Assembly: GCA_038087875.1 (NCBI GenBank)
Contig: CM075993.1
Span: 11,472,001 to 11,536,000, forward strand
Origin: Malacoraja senta
Taxonomy: Eukaryota
Length of the DNA stretch: 64,000 nucleotides
Direction: 5' to 3'
Part shown: positions 38,165-49,867 of the stretch, in pieces
How the letters are laid out: the number at the start of each line of letters is the position of its first letter
Position numbering within the stretch: position 1 is the first letter of the stretch
Made by a program: the position numbers and the translations under genes
Notes under the pieces: generated by a model
Databases searched by the model: none
What the model was told of the DNA's origin: nothing
The model's input: the letters and a program-made list of their open reading frames with translations, nothing else

Positions 38165-40892
38165 ATGTGGGAGGCAGATAAGGGAAGCACTCGGACCCAA
38201 AATGTAGGGGAGAAAGAAGAAAAAGATAATAAACAGAGAATAAGTGGTGGTGGATTTCTTAAATGTGTATATTTTAATGCTAGGAGCATTGTAAGAAAGG
38301 TGGATGAGCTTAGAGCCTGGATTGACACCTGGAAGTATGATGTTGTGGCGATCAGTGAAACATGGTTGCAGGACGGCTGTGATTGGAAACTAAATATTCC
38401 AGGATTTCGTTGCTTCAGGGGTGATAGAATTGGAGGGGCAAGAGGTGGGGGTCTTGCATTGCTTGTCAAGGAAGATATTACAGCAGTGCTTTGGCAAGAT
38501 AGATTAGAGGGCTCGTCTAGGGAGGCTATTTGGGTGGAACTGAGAAATGGGAAAGGTGTAGCAACACTTATAGGGGTGTATTATAGACCGCCAAATGGGG
38601 AGCGAGAATTGGAAGAGCAAATATGTAAGGAGATAGCAGATATTAGTAGTAAGCACAAGGTAGTGATTGTGGGAGATTTCAATTTTCCACACATAGACTG
38701 GGAAACACATTCTGTAAAAGGGCTGGATGGTTTGGAGTTTGTAAAATGTGTGCAGGATAGTTTTTTACAGCAATACATAGAGGTACCTACTAGAGAAGGG
38801 GCAGTGCTGGACCTCCTGTTAGGAAATGAGACAGGGCAGGTGGTGGAGGTATGCGTTGGGGAGCACTTCGGGTCCAGTGATCACAATACCATTAGTTTCA
38901 ATATAATTATGGAGAGGGTCAGAACTGGACCTAGGGTTGAGATTTTTGATTGGAGAAAGGCTAACTTTGAGGAGATGCGAAAGGATTTAAAAGGAGTGAA
39001 TTGGGAAATGTTGTTTTATGGGAAGGATGTAGAAGAGAAATGGAGGACATTTAAAGGTGAAATTTTAAGAGTACAGAATCTTTATGTCCCTGTTCGGTTG
39101 AAAGGAAATAGTAAAAATTGGAAAGAGCCATGATTTTCAAAGGAAATTGGACACGGTTCGGAAAAAGAGAGAGATCTACAATAATTATAGGCAGCATGGA
39201 GTAAATGAGGTGCTTGAGGAGTATAAAGAATGTAAAAAGAATATTAAGAAAGAAATTAGAAAAGCTAAAAGAAGATATGAGTTTGCTTTGGCAAGTAAGG
39301 TGAAAGTAAATCCAAAGGGTTTCTACAGCTATATTAATAGCAAAAGGATAACAAGGAATACAATTGGTCCATTAGAGAGTCAGAGTGGACAGCTATCTGC
39401 AGAGCCAAAAGAGATGGGGGAGATATTGAACAATTTATTTTCTTCGGTATTCACCAAGGAGAAGGATATGGAATTATGTGAGGTAAGGGAAACAAGCAGA
39501 GTAGCAATGGAAACTATGAGATTCAAAGAAGAGGTGGTGCGGTCACTTTTGAAAAATATGAAAACGGATAAGTCTCCAGGTCTGACAGGATATTCCCTAA
39601 GACATTGAGGGAAGTTAGTGTAGAAATAGCAGGGGCTATGACAGAAATATTTCAAATGTCATTCGAAACGGGAATAGTGCCGGTGGATTGGTGTACTGCG
39701 CATGTTGTTCCGTTGTTTAAAAAGGGTTTTAAGAGTAAACCTAGTAATTATACACCTGTTAGTTTGACGTCAGTGGTGGGCAAATTAATGGAAAGGATAC
39801 TTAGAGATAATATATATAAGCAACTGGATAAGCAGGGTCTGATTAGGAACAGTCAACATGGATTTGTGCCTGGAAGGTCATGTTTGACTAATCTTCTTGA
39901 ATATTTCGAAGAGTTTACTAGGGAAATTGATGAGGGTAAAGCAGTGGATGTTGTCTATATGGACTTCAGTAAGGCCTTTGACAAGGTTCCTCATGGAAGG
40001 TTGGTTAAGAAGATTCAATTGTTGGGTATTAATGGTGGAGTAGCAAGATGGATTCAACAGTGGCTGAATGGGAGATGCCAGAGAGTAATGGTGGATGGCT
40101 GTTTGTCAGATTGGAGGCCGGTGACTAGTGGGGTGCCTCAGGGGTCTGTGTTGAGTCCACTGTTGTTTGTCATGTACATCAATGAAATGGATGATGGTGT
40201 GGAAAATTGGATTAGTAAGTATGCAGATGATACTAAGATAGGTGGTGTTATGGATAATGAAGTAGATTTTCAAAGTCTACAGAGAGATTTAGGCCATTTG
40301 GAAGAGTGGGCTGAAAGATGGCAGTTGGAGTTTAATGCTGATAAATGTGAGGTGCTACATCTCGGCAGGACAAATCAAAATAGGACGTACATGGTAAATG
40401 GTAGCGAATTGAGGAATGCAGTTGAACAGAGGGATCTAGGAATAACTGTGCATAGTTCCCTGAAGGTGGAATCTCATGTAGATAGGGTGGTAAAGAAAGC
40501 TTTTGGTGTGCTGGCCTTTATAAATCTAAGTTACAGAGAAAAGATTGAACAAGTTAGGTCTTTATTCTTTGGAGTGCAGAAGGTTAAGAGGGGACTTGAT
40601 AGAGGTCTTTAAAATGATGAGCGGGTTAGACAGATTTGACGTGGATAAGCTTTTCCCATTGAGAGTAGGGAAAATTCAAACAAGGGGACATGACTTGAGA
40701 ATTAAGGGACAGAAGTTTAGGGGTAACATTAGGGGGAACTTCTTTACTCAGAGAGTGGTAGCTGTGTGGAATGAGCTTCCAGTGGAAGTGGTGGAGGCAG
40801 GTTCGATTTTATCCTTTAAAAATAGATTGGATGGGTATATGGACGGGAAAGGAATGGAGGGTTATGGTCTGAGTGCAGGTAGATGGGACTAG
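38165..40892 (+). pseudogene. CR1 ORF2 (APE endonuclease + RT), disrupted by a stop, frameshifts and an ~170-bp deletion
   Basis: YFNARSI, ISETW, GVYYRPP, GDFN, SDHN (APE); [29 protein letters not shown] (RT). Split over ORFs 38165-39133, 39147-39608, 39605-40612 and 40545-40892. Confidence 0.92.
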
Positions 40893-40906
40893 GGGGAAGT
40901 AAAAAA

Positions 40907-40937
<31 letters not shown>

Positions 40938-41712
40938 ACAAATAAATAAAAAATTGTTCGGCACGGACTTGAAGGGCCGATATGGCCTGTTTCCGTGCTG
41001 TAATGGTTATATGGTTATATGGTTATATGGTGTGTGTGTGTGTGGAGTTTGCATGTTCTCCATGTGACTGGAGATTGGCAGGTTCTTGATTAGTACGGGT
41101 GTAGGGGGAGAAGGCAGGAGAATGGGGTTGAGATGGAGAGACAGACTAGCCATGATTGAATGGTGGAGTAGACTCGACGGGCCGAATGGCCTAATTCTGC
41201 TCCTATAACTTATGAACCTATGACCGCCTGGGTTTCCTCCGGGTGCTCAGATTTCCTCCCATATTTGAAAGATGTGCGGGTTTGTAGACTTATTGGCCTC
41301 TGTAAATTGCCCCGACTCTGTAGGGAGTGGACGTGAAAGTGGAATAACATGAAACGTGTGATCAATAGTTGCCATGGATTTGGTGGGACGAATGGCCTAT
41401 TTTCATGCAGTATTTTTCAATCAATTCAAGACATGAATGCCATCACAGAATCGTACAACATGGAACAAGACTCTTCAGTCCACCGAGTCCACGCTGAAAA
41501 TCAAACATCTTATTTACTAATCCTACACTAGTACCAGTTTTTTTATTCTCCCCAAATCCTATCAATTCTCCCCAAGATTTACCAGGAGAGATCAACACTC
41601 GCCAATTAACAAAAAGCAGTATGTCTTTGATTCTGAAGAAGGGTCTCAACCCGCAATGTAACCCATTCCTTCTCTCCAGAGATGCTGCCTGACCCGTTGA
41701 GTTACTCTAGCA

Positions 41713-42007
41713 CAGGGGTGGGAACCTGCGGCCTTAAGGCAGCATGTGGCCTTCTAGGCCATTAAGTGCAGCCTTTTGAATGAATCCCACATTTTGTAGA
41801 ACAAATCCTTTTATTTTCATTAATATATTTTTGTTCGTCTTTTATTATTTTTATTTTAATCTTAAAATGAATGTAATTAAAATACCAAAGAGTAAAAGAA
41901 GATTCAACGAAATAATCCTATATCTAATTGAAGTTTCTTGGATGCGGCCTTATTAGATTACAGCTAACTTAATGCGGCCTTCAACATGAAAAGGTTCCCC
42001 ATCCCTG
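41713..42007. mobile_element. hAT (Charlie-like) MITE, 295 bp
   Basis: TIRs caggggtgggaacct / aggttccccatccctg. Perfect TSD ctctagca at 41705-41712 and 42008-42015. Confidence 0.88.
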
Positions 42008-44003
42008 CTCTAGCATTTTGTGTCCATCTTTGGTTCAAACCAACATCTGCAGTTCCTTCCTACAGAATATCTTTGAGTGTGGGAGGAATCAGAATATCTG
42101 CGGGAAAGCATGGGAGGTGACAGGGTGCAAACTCCACACAGACAGCACTGGCCCTGGGTCACTGGAGCGGTGAGGCAGCAGCTCTAGAGGGAAGCCAATT
42201 AACCTACAACCCTGTACGTCCTTTGGGGTGTGGGAGGAAATCAGAGCACCAGGTAAAAACCCAAGTGGTCACGGGGAGAACGTACAAACTCCATACAGAC
42301 AGCACCCGTAGTCAGGATCGAACCCGGGTCTCTGAGGGGATAACAGGTTCAACATTTCTGAAAAGTTACAAATGGTTGGATTCTGTATTGTAGATTTCTT
42401 ATAAACATTCTTGGTAATTTTCACTTCATGCCCACCAGTGACAGCTCCTTCACTACCCCCTCCAACAATTCCTCCTTTCATTCCTTCTTCAATTGTGTCA
42501 TTACTAAGCACGTGGTGAAAAATGAAGATGAATGTTTGTAGAGAGTCGACAATACAGATCTCCGGCAGAGTGTCGCTGCTGCCTCCACACACTGCACCAA
42601 AGACACAAGTTCGATCCTGACCACGGTTGTTCTTGGTGTGGGGTTTTGACATTTTCCCTGTAGGTTTCCTCCCACATCCCAAAGACATGCAGGTGTGTAG
42701 GTTAGATTGGCCCTCTGCATATTGTCCCTTGTGTGTAGGAGTGAGGAAGTGGGGTAACATAGAACGGGTGATCGGTGGTCGGCATGGACTCAGTGGGCCG
42801 AAGGGCATGCATTCTAAACTAAACAAAAACTAGTGAAATAATTGGAGAGGTTTGGAGAAGATATTCCAGAGCAAAGACTGACGACAGCATGAGCATGGAA
42901 ACAGGTTCTTCGGCCCATGTCGACCAAGGTCAGGAGCAAAGCCGTGTCTCTGGCATTGTGAGGCAGGAGATCAAACAGCGAGGCTATTGCACCATGTTCA
43001 AGATGCCCTTAAAACTTGCTCGTTTGTTTCATCTTTTGGACACCTGCCCACCTATCCATATAAAACAGATGTTAACATTGATAAGGTCGCCTGTTAATTC
43101 CAGTTTAGTTTAGTTTAGAGATACAGGGCGGAAACAGGCTCTTTGGCTCACCGTGTCCGCGCCGACCAGCGATCCCCGCACACCAACACGATCCTACACA
43201 CTAGGGGCAATTTACATCAGAAGCCAATTAACCTACAAACCTGTACGTCTTTGGGGTGTGGGAGCACCAGGTAAAAACCCACATGGTCACGGGGAGAACG
43301 TACAAACTCCGTACAGACAGCACCCGTAGTCAGGATCGAACCCGGGTTTCTGGCGGTGTTAGGCAGCAACTCTACCGCTGTGCCACCGTGCCACCCTAGA
43401 GGAGTATAGAACTCATCTGGTGGAGTTTGCAGAGGCACAAACACACAAGCCAACCTGGGAAGCTATCCAGGCATTGCTGTTCATGGATTTAGCTTCCAGC
43501 ATTGCACCATGGTGAGAATGATCTAAAATCATCTTATGTAGGAAGGAACTGCAAATGCTGGTTTAAACCGAGGATAGACACAAAGGCTGGACAGATAGCA
43601 TCTCTGGAGAGAAGGAATGGGTGACTTTTTTAGTCGGATCTGAAGAAGGGTCTCAACCCGAAATGTCACCCATTCCTTCTCTCCAGAGATGCTGCCTGTC
43701 CCACTGAGTTACTCCAGCACTCTGTATCTAAAATCGTCTTGATGGAAGTAGTCAGAGGGTGGTAATAGAAGGCATTCTTCACATTGGAGATTTGTGACCA
43801 TCAGTGTGGAGCAGGGATCGTTGCTGGGTCCACTGTCAGGTTGTTGTATGTATATATCATTTGGATAAGAATATAGTTGGTATGTGACGGACTTGAGGAC
43901 CTGAGCTGTATGGCGAGGTTGGCAGACTGAGACTTTATTCCTTGGAGTGCAGGAGGCTGAGGGGTGATCTTATAGAGGTGTATAAGACCATGGGTGGAAT
44001 AGA

Positions 44004-44700
44004 TTTCAGATTCAAATTTCAGATTCAAACTTTATTGTCATTGTGCAGTGTACAAGCACAGAAATGCAGTTAGCATCTCACCCAGAAGTGTGAACACAGA
44101 ATAATGGAACAGTAACATATATACATATGTATATACAGTGGCAGTAGTGCAATTTTCAGGGGGGGTAGATCAGTCACTGGGGGAATGCATGTCCGGGGGG
44201 GGGGGGGGTGACTGGCAATCCACTGAGGTGCAGAGTTAAGTAGTATAACAGCCGCAGGAAGAAGCTGTTCCTGAACCTGCTGGTCCGGCAACGGAGAGAC
44301 CTGTAGCGCCTCCCGGATGGGAGGAGGGTAAACAGTCTGTGGTTGGGGTGAGAGAGCAGTCCTTGACGATGCTGCGCGCCCTTCGCAGACAACGCTTGCT
44401 CTGGACAGACTCAATGGAGGGGAGTGAGGAACCGGTGATGCGTTGGGCAGTTTTCACCACCCTCTGCAGTGCTTTCCGGTCGGAGACAGAGCAGTTGCCA
44501 TACCATACTGTGATGCAGTTGGTAAGGATGCTCTCGATGGTGCAGCGGTAGAAGTTCACCAGAATCTGAGGAGACAGATGGACCTTCTTTAGTCTCCTCA
44601 GGAAGAAGAGACGCTGGTGAGCCTTCTTGACCAGTGTTGAGGTATTGTGGGGACCAAGAGAGGTCATCAGAGATGTTGACCCCCAGAAACCTGAAGCTGG
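44004..44700 (-). mobile_element. Rex1/Babar LINE 3' end, inverted copy of 48830-49525
   Basis: ORF 44236-44667 is essentially identical to the plus copy, with the same tail junction. Confidence 0.85.
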
Positions 44701-47700
44701 GTCTGTTAGGCTAGACCCCGGTCTGTTAGGTTAGACAACCACACCTCTTCAACCCTCACCCTGAACACCGGCATTCCACAGGGCTGTGTGCTGAGCCCTC
44801 TCCTCCCTCTTCACCTACGACTGCACACCTGTACATGGTACTAACACCATCATCAAGTGCAGATGATCAGGGCCGGCCTTAGGAGGTGCGGGGCCCCAAT
44901 TGGGAATTTTTTTTATAGTAATATAAATATATAATTATAAATGAGATATTCAGGCATGTGTCATGAGTAATATGAGCCAGTCGGCTTAAAATCTTAAACC
45001 GCACGCGCATGCGCAGATTGTTCTCTCCGTAAAAATTAAAATAAATAAAGTAACAATTCAATTTGCCCACGGCTTCCAAATCTCCTTCTGAATTACTGAA
45101 TGGGTGGGGGGTGGAGGGTGACGGCAGGTGGAAAGATGGTGGGAAAAACAGGAGCACACCGGGACAACATGAATCAGTTGTCATCTTATTGAATGACTAT
45201 ACTTGTTCAAGGGACCAATTGGGGGAGAGTCCCTTTCACAGCATGTGGGGAGTCTAGCCAGGGGTAAAGTTGCGGGGGAGGGCGGGGAGCGTTGAGAAGG
45301 AGGGGGTCGGGTTCATTGCCAGTAACCCACTCACTCACCGCTGCCACGGCGCTCCGTGCACCACCACATTGCGGCCGGGGAGGGAAGCAGCTCACGTGGC
45401 TACGAGCGGCCTCCATCACCGGACAGCGGAACCGACTGCCATCTCAGCACCTTCTGCCGGCCCGCTCACCTCTGTCTGAACAGTGAGGAGACCGGCTCAA
45501 GAGCAAAGATCATAGAGCGGAGCGGGTCAGCGGGTGATGGATAACATCACAGCGGGCGGTGGAGCTTACTCCTGTGCCAGCTGCGAACAAGGGATCAATT
45601 GAGGTTACTCACCCTGATACATGGAGTAAGCTCCACCGCCCGCTGTCCTGTTATCCATCGCCCGCTGGCCCGCTCTTGAGCTGGATGCTGGCCATGATCC
45701 CCGACCCCCTCCTTCTCAACGCTCCAGCCCTCCCGCAACTTTACCCTGGCCAGACTACCCACACGCTGTGAAAGGAACTCTGCCCCCCCCCCCCCAGCAG
45801 CGCTGTCCTTTTACAGCCGCTTCCCACTTTACAGCCTCTTCCATCAGCTGCTAGCAATGAGGGATAGACAGCTATCCCTCAGTACAGCAACATCGTTCTC
45901 GATGTTGCTGTACTGAGGGATAACAAAGTCTATCTTTCTTGGCTAACAACCTAACCTTCGGCCTCCAAGATGCAGGTACATTTTCTAGCAATGTTACAAA
46001 ATTTTGTGATTTAAAAAAATCAAGTCTGCAATTTACCCCATCAGATAAAGCATAAAAAGACGTTTAAATTTGACACCTAATTCACTTTCATATCTTCAGT
46101 ATAAAAACGTTATGGCCATTTTCATACTCTCGGAAATTAGCATCTTGTTCCCTATTGCTTTTCCATTGACTTAACACAAAAGCTGTGATCGAGGACAGTC
46201 AAAAGCCCACAACTTTCTTAAAAATTAAGAGAACTGAATGAAAATTTCAGCATTTCAGCATTCTGAAACAATATACAACATCTTACTTGGATGACCTGAA
46301 ATTAAAGCATATAATTAGTTAATTACCTAATTGTAGCTCATTACAAAATTGACCGTTGACGGAAATAGTAATAAACACCCAGACTGCTTGAAAATACAAA
46401 AATGTGATATTCTCAAGCTCAGAAATTTAATATTATTGTATTATATGCTGTAAATCCGTAACAGATAGGTAAATAAATTACAATTTCTAGTAATAGACCA
46501 GGTCTTTATGGGGAAGATCAGTTGCTAGCTGGTACATTGGCATATTCATAATCAGTAGCATCATCATACTCTCAGATTGTAACCAATAAGCAACTCTGTA
46601 CACCTTGTTTTTCCTCAACTTTTCAATTTTGGCATTGTAAACTACAGGGTTTTGCTCTTCAAACCACGCATGACATGCCTTTCTGCCACTACTTTCCCAT
46701 TAAGAATGTCCTGTAGATTCCATTTCTTAAGAAAAGGATAATTTTTAAAAATAGCTAAGTATCCAAATGTCAACTAATCCCATTCACACAAGAATATAAC
46801 ATGATTTTTAAATCTCACTGTCATGAATTTATATGTCAGATCAGTGATGGAAATGGGTTTTAGGAACTAGAGGTACACTAAGGTCCATGGGGCTGAGGTT
46901 GGGAGGAAGGGGGAGGGTGCGGGTGGGGGAGGTAGACGCTATAAGCCCCCCCATGAGAAATTTTATCTAACTCTGAAATTGAAGATAGACAAAAGCTGGA
47001 GTAGCTCAGCAGGACAGGCAGCTCAGCGACTCTGGAGAGAAGACCCTTCTTCAGACTGAACTGAACTCTCATCGGTGAGAGTACTTGTGATTGTCTGAAG
47101 AAGGGTCTCGACCAGAAACGCAACCCTCTCCCCAGAGCCCCTGCCCGTCCCGCTGAGCCACCACAGACAGGGAGTTGAAGGTAGTCCACCTTCAACTTCA
47201 GAGCCAAACAAAAAACACAGAGTGCTGGAGGAACTCAGCGGGCAAGCAGCACCCGCGGAGGGAACATATCACTTATTTTCGCGAGCATTTCTAAACGTAG
47301 TTTCCAGTGACCGTTTGACGAAGTAACTAGCAGTGCCAGGACTACACAACGCACTAACGTCTGAGGCAGGGTGTCCAACGGCGGAGGTAATGTTCACCGA
47401 AAACATTTATTATAAACGTGGTAACAACATACAAGGAAGGGTCCCAAGGGTCACTCGGCCCAAATAACGCTAGGCTACAGATAGACACAAAAAGCTGAGT
47501 AACTCAACGGGACAGGCAGCATCCCCGGAGAGAAGGAATGGACAACGCTTGGCTTTGGCAGCTTTCGGCCTCGTGAGGTGTTATAAATATTGACCTCGGT
47601 CAAAAAAAGCTGAAACAGGGCAGGTGACATATTTAACTAACTTTAAAATCTCCAGTATTGCACTGCACCCACATACAGACATGGCTCCATGTATCACAGA

Positions 47701-49525
47701 GAGACAAGACCACTGGAGATTGTTATTTATTTATTATTGGGTCTTGTGCCACTCTCCTTCCACCAGCACCTGCCTCCACAGTCAACCTTCAATTTTCCAG
47801 CATCTGCAGTTCCCTTCTTAAATACTATATCACTTATCAGGAGCCGCCACGGGCCAGGACCCCCGTGTCTGACCCGAAACGTTGCCTATTTCCTTCGCTC
47901 CATAGATGCTGCCTCACCCGCTGAGTTTCTCCAGCATTTTTGTCTACCGCAAAATGTCAATGGCTCCGGGAATGCCGAGGCAACAGGGTGAGAGAGAGGG
48001 AGTGAGAGGAGCTAGAGAGAGACGAGATGGGGAGCGGGAGAGAGAGATCGCGAGAGAGAGGGAGGGAGGGAGAGAGCGAAAGACAGAGAGACACAACGTG
48101 GGCCGGTAGGTAAATTGAATGACTAACCAGCACACCAAGAAGCTCACCAAGAAGAAGCCCTCAATCATGATGGTGAGTTTTAAGAAATTCTCAATGTGTC
48201 ATCAATGCATCGATCTACATTCCTCAGTAAATGTAATTGTGTTTTGAACAAGTATTAATGACGCCACGTGAATTGTATTCAAAGGAACGCAGCGTCATTA
48301 ATACTTCTTCAAAAACACAATTACATTTACTGAGGAATGTGGATCGATGCATTGATGACACATTGTATAACTACTTGTTAACTCCTGGCTGTTAACAAGT
48401 GCGACAGTAGTAGTTAACCAATCGTTTGTGTCTGATGGCCGCGCAGCGGATGTTATCCATGTTGTTTTGTAAAAAATCCGTATGGCGAATGTTTAAAAAA
48501 AAATCTTTATTTAACAAAGCAAATTTGTATTTCCGTACGAAATACGGAAAATTAACGCGGGGACCCCCTCAGGCGCGAGGCCCAATTGGGAGAAATCGGT
48601 CAATTGGCTTAAGGCCGGCCCTGCAGATGATACAACGGTGATTGGCCTCATCAGCGACAACGATGAGTCGGCCTATAGGGAGGAGGTCCAGCTCCTAGCA
48701 GCATGGTGCGCTGACAACAACCTGGCCCTTAGCACCAAGAAGACCAAGGAGCTCATTGTGGGCCACAGAAGGTCTAGGGGCGGCACGCACACCCCCATCC
48801 ACATTAACGGGACGGAGGTGGAGCAATGTTTCCAGCTTCAGGTTTCTGGGGGTCAACATCTCTGATAACCCCTCTTGGACCACAATACCTCAACACTGGT
48901 CAAGAAGGCTCACCAGCGTCTCTTCTTCCCGAGGAGACTAAAGAAGGTCCATCTGTCTCCTCAGATTCTGGTGAACTTCTACCGCTGCACCATCGAGAGC
49001 ATCCTTACCAACTGCATCACAGTATGGTATGGCAACTGCTCTGTCTCCGACCGGAAAGCAACTGCAGAGGGTGGTGAAAACTGCCCAACGCATCACCGGT
49101 TCCTCACTCCCCTCCATTGAGTCTGTCCAAAGCAAGCGATGTCTGCGAAGGGCGCGCAGCATCGTCATGGACTGCTCTCACCCCAGCCACAGACTGTTTA
49201 CCTCCTCCCATCCGGGAGGCGCTACAGGTCTCTCCGTTGCCGGACCAGCAGGTCCAGGAACAGCTTCTTCCCTGCGGCTGTTACACAACTTAACTCTGCA
49301 CCTTGGGATTGCCAGTCACCCCCCCCCACCCGGACACTCCTTCCCCCAGTGACTGATCTCCCCCCCCCCTGAAAATTGCACTACTGCTACTGTATGTACA
49401 TATATATTATATATGTTACTGTTCCATTATTCTGTGTTCACACTTCTGGGGTGAGATGCTAACTGCATTTCTGTGCTTGTACACTGCACAATGACAATAA
49501 AGTTTGAATCTGAATTTGAATCTGA
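44701..49525 (+). mobile_element. Rex1/Babar-clade LINE 3' part, interrupted by the hAT element
   Basis: LTLNTGIPQGCVLSP (44750-44800), ADD|TTVIGLISDNDESAYREEV, KKAHQRLFF..NFYRCTIESILTNCITVWYGNC (DUF1891-type). Tail aatgacaataaagtttgaatctgaa. Confidence 0.85.
44868..48623. mobile_element. Large non-autonomous hAT-type DNA transposon (3756 bp)
   Basis: Perfect 14-bp TIR cagggccggcctta. Perfect TSD cagatgat at 44860-44867 and 48624-48631. No transposase ORF visible. Confidence 0.88.
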
Positions 49526-49667
49526 AATCTATTCCACCCATGGTCTTATACACCTCTATAAGATCACCCCTCAGCCTCCTGCACTCCAAGGAATAAAGTC
49601 TAATTAGTCTGCCAACCTCGCATATAGCCTCAGCCTCAAGTCCCGGCAACATCCTCGCAAAGCTTCT

Positions 49668-49867
49668 NNNNNNNNNNNNNNNNNNNNNNNNNNNNNNNNN
49701 NNNNNNNNNNNNNNNNNNNNNNNNNNNNNNNNNNNNNNNNNNNNNNNNNNNNNNNNNNNNNNNNNNNNNNNNNNNNNNNNNNNNNNNNNNNNNNNNNNNN
49801 NNNNNNNNNNNNNNNNNNNNNNNNNNNNNNNNNNNNNNNNNNNNNNNNNNNNNNNNNNNNNNNNNNN
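49668..49867. other. Assembly gap (200 N)
   Basis: Run of N. Confidence 1.

Larger units (their letters stand above)
35826..41030 (+). mobile_element. Long CR1 (HER1-like) LINE, truncated within ORF1, carrying two nested CR1 insertions
   Basis: ORF1 remnant (WVTVRKG...VHLENKYS, then SGNH domain), ORF2 APE and RT, 3' tail (atggttat)n. Interrupts a V-SINE whose halves lie at ~35765-35825 and from 41031. Confidence 0.9.
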
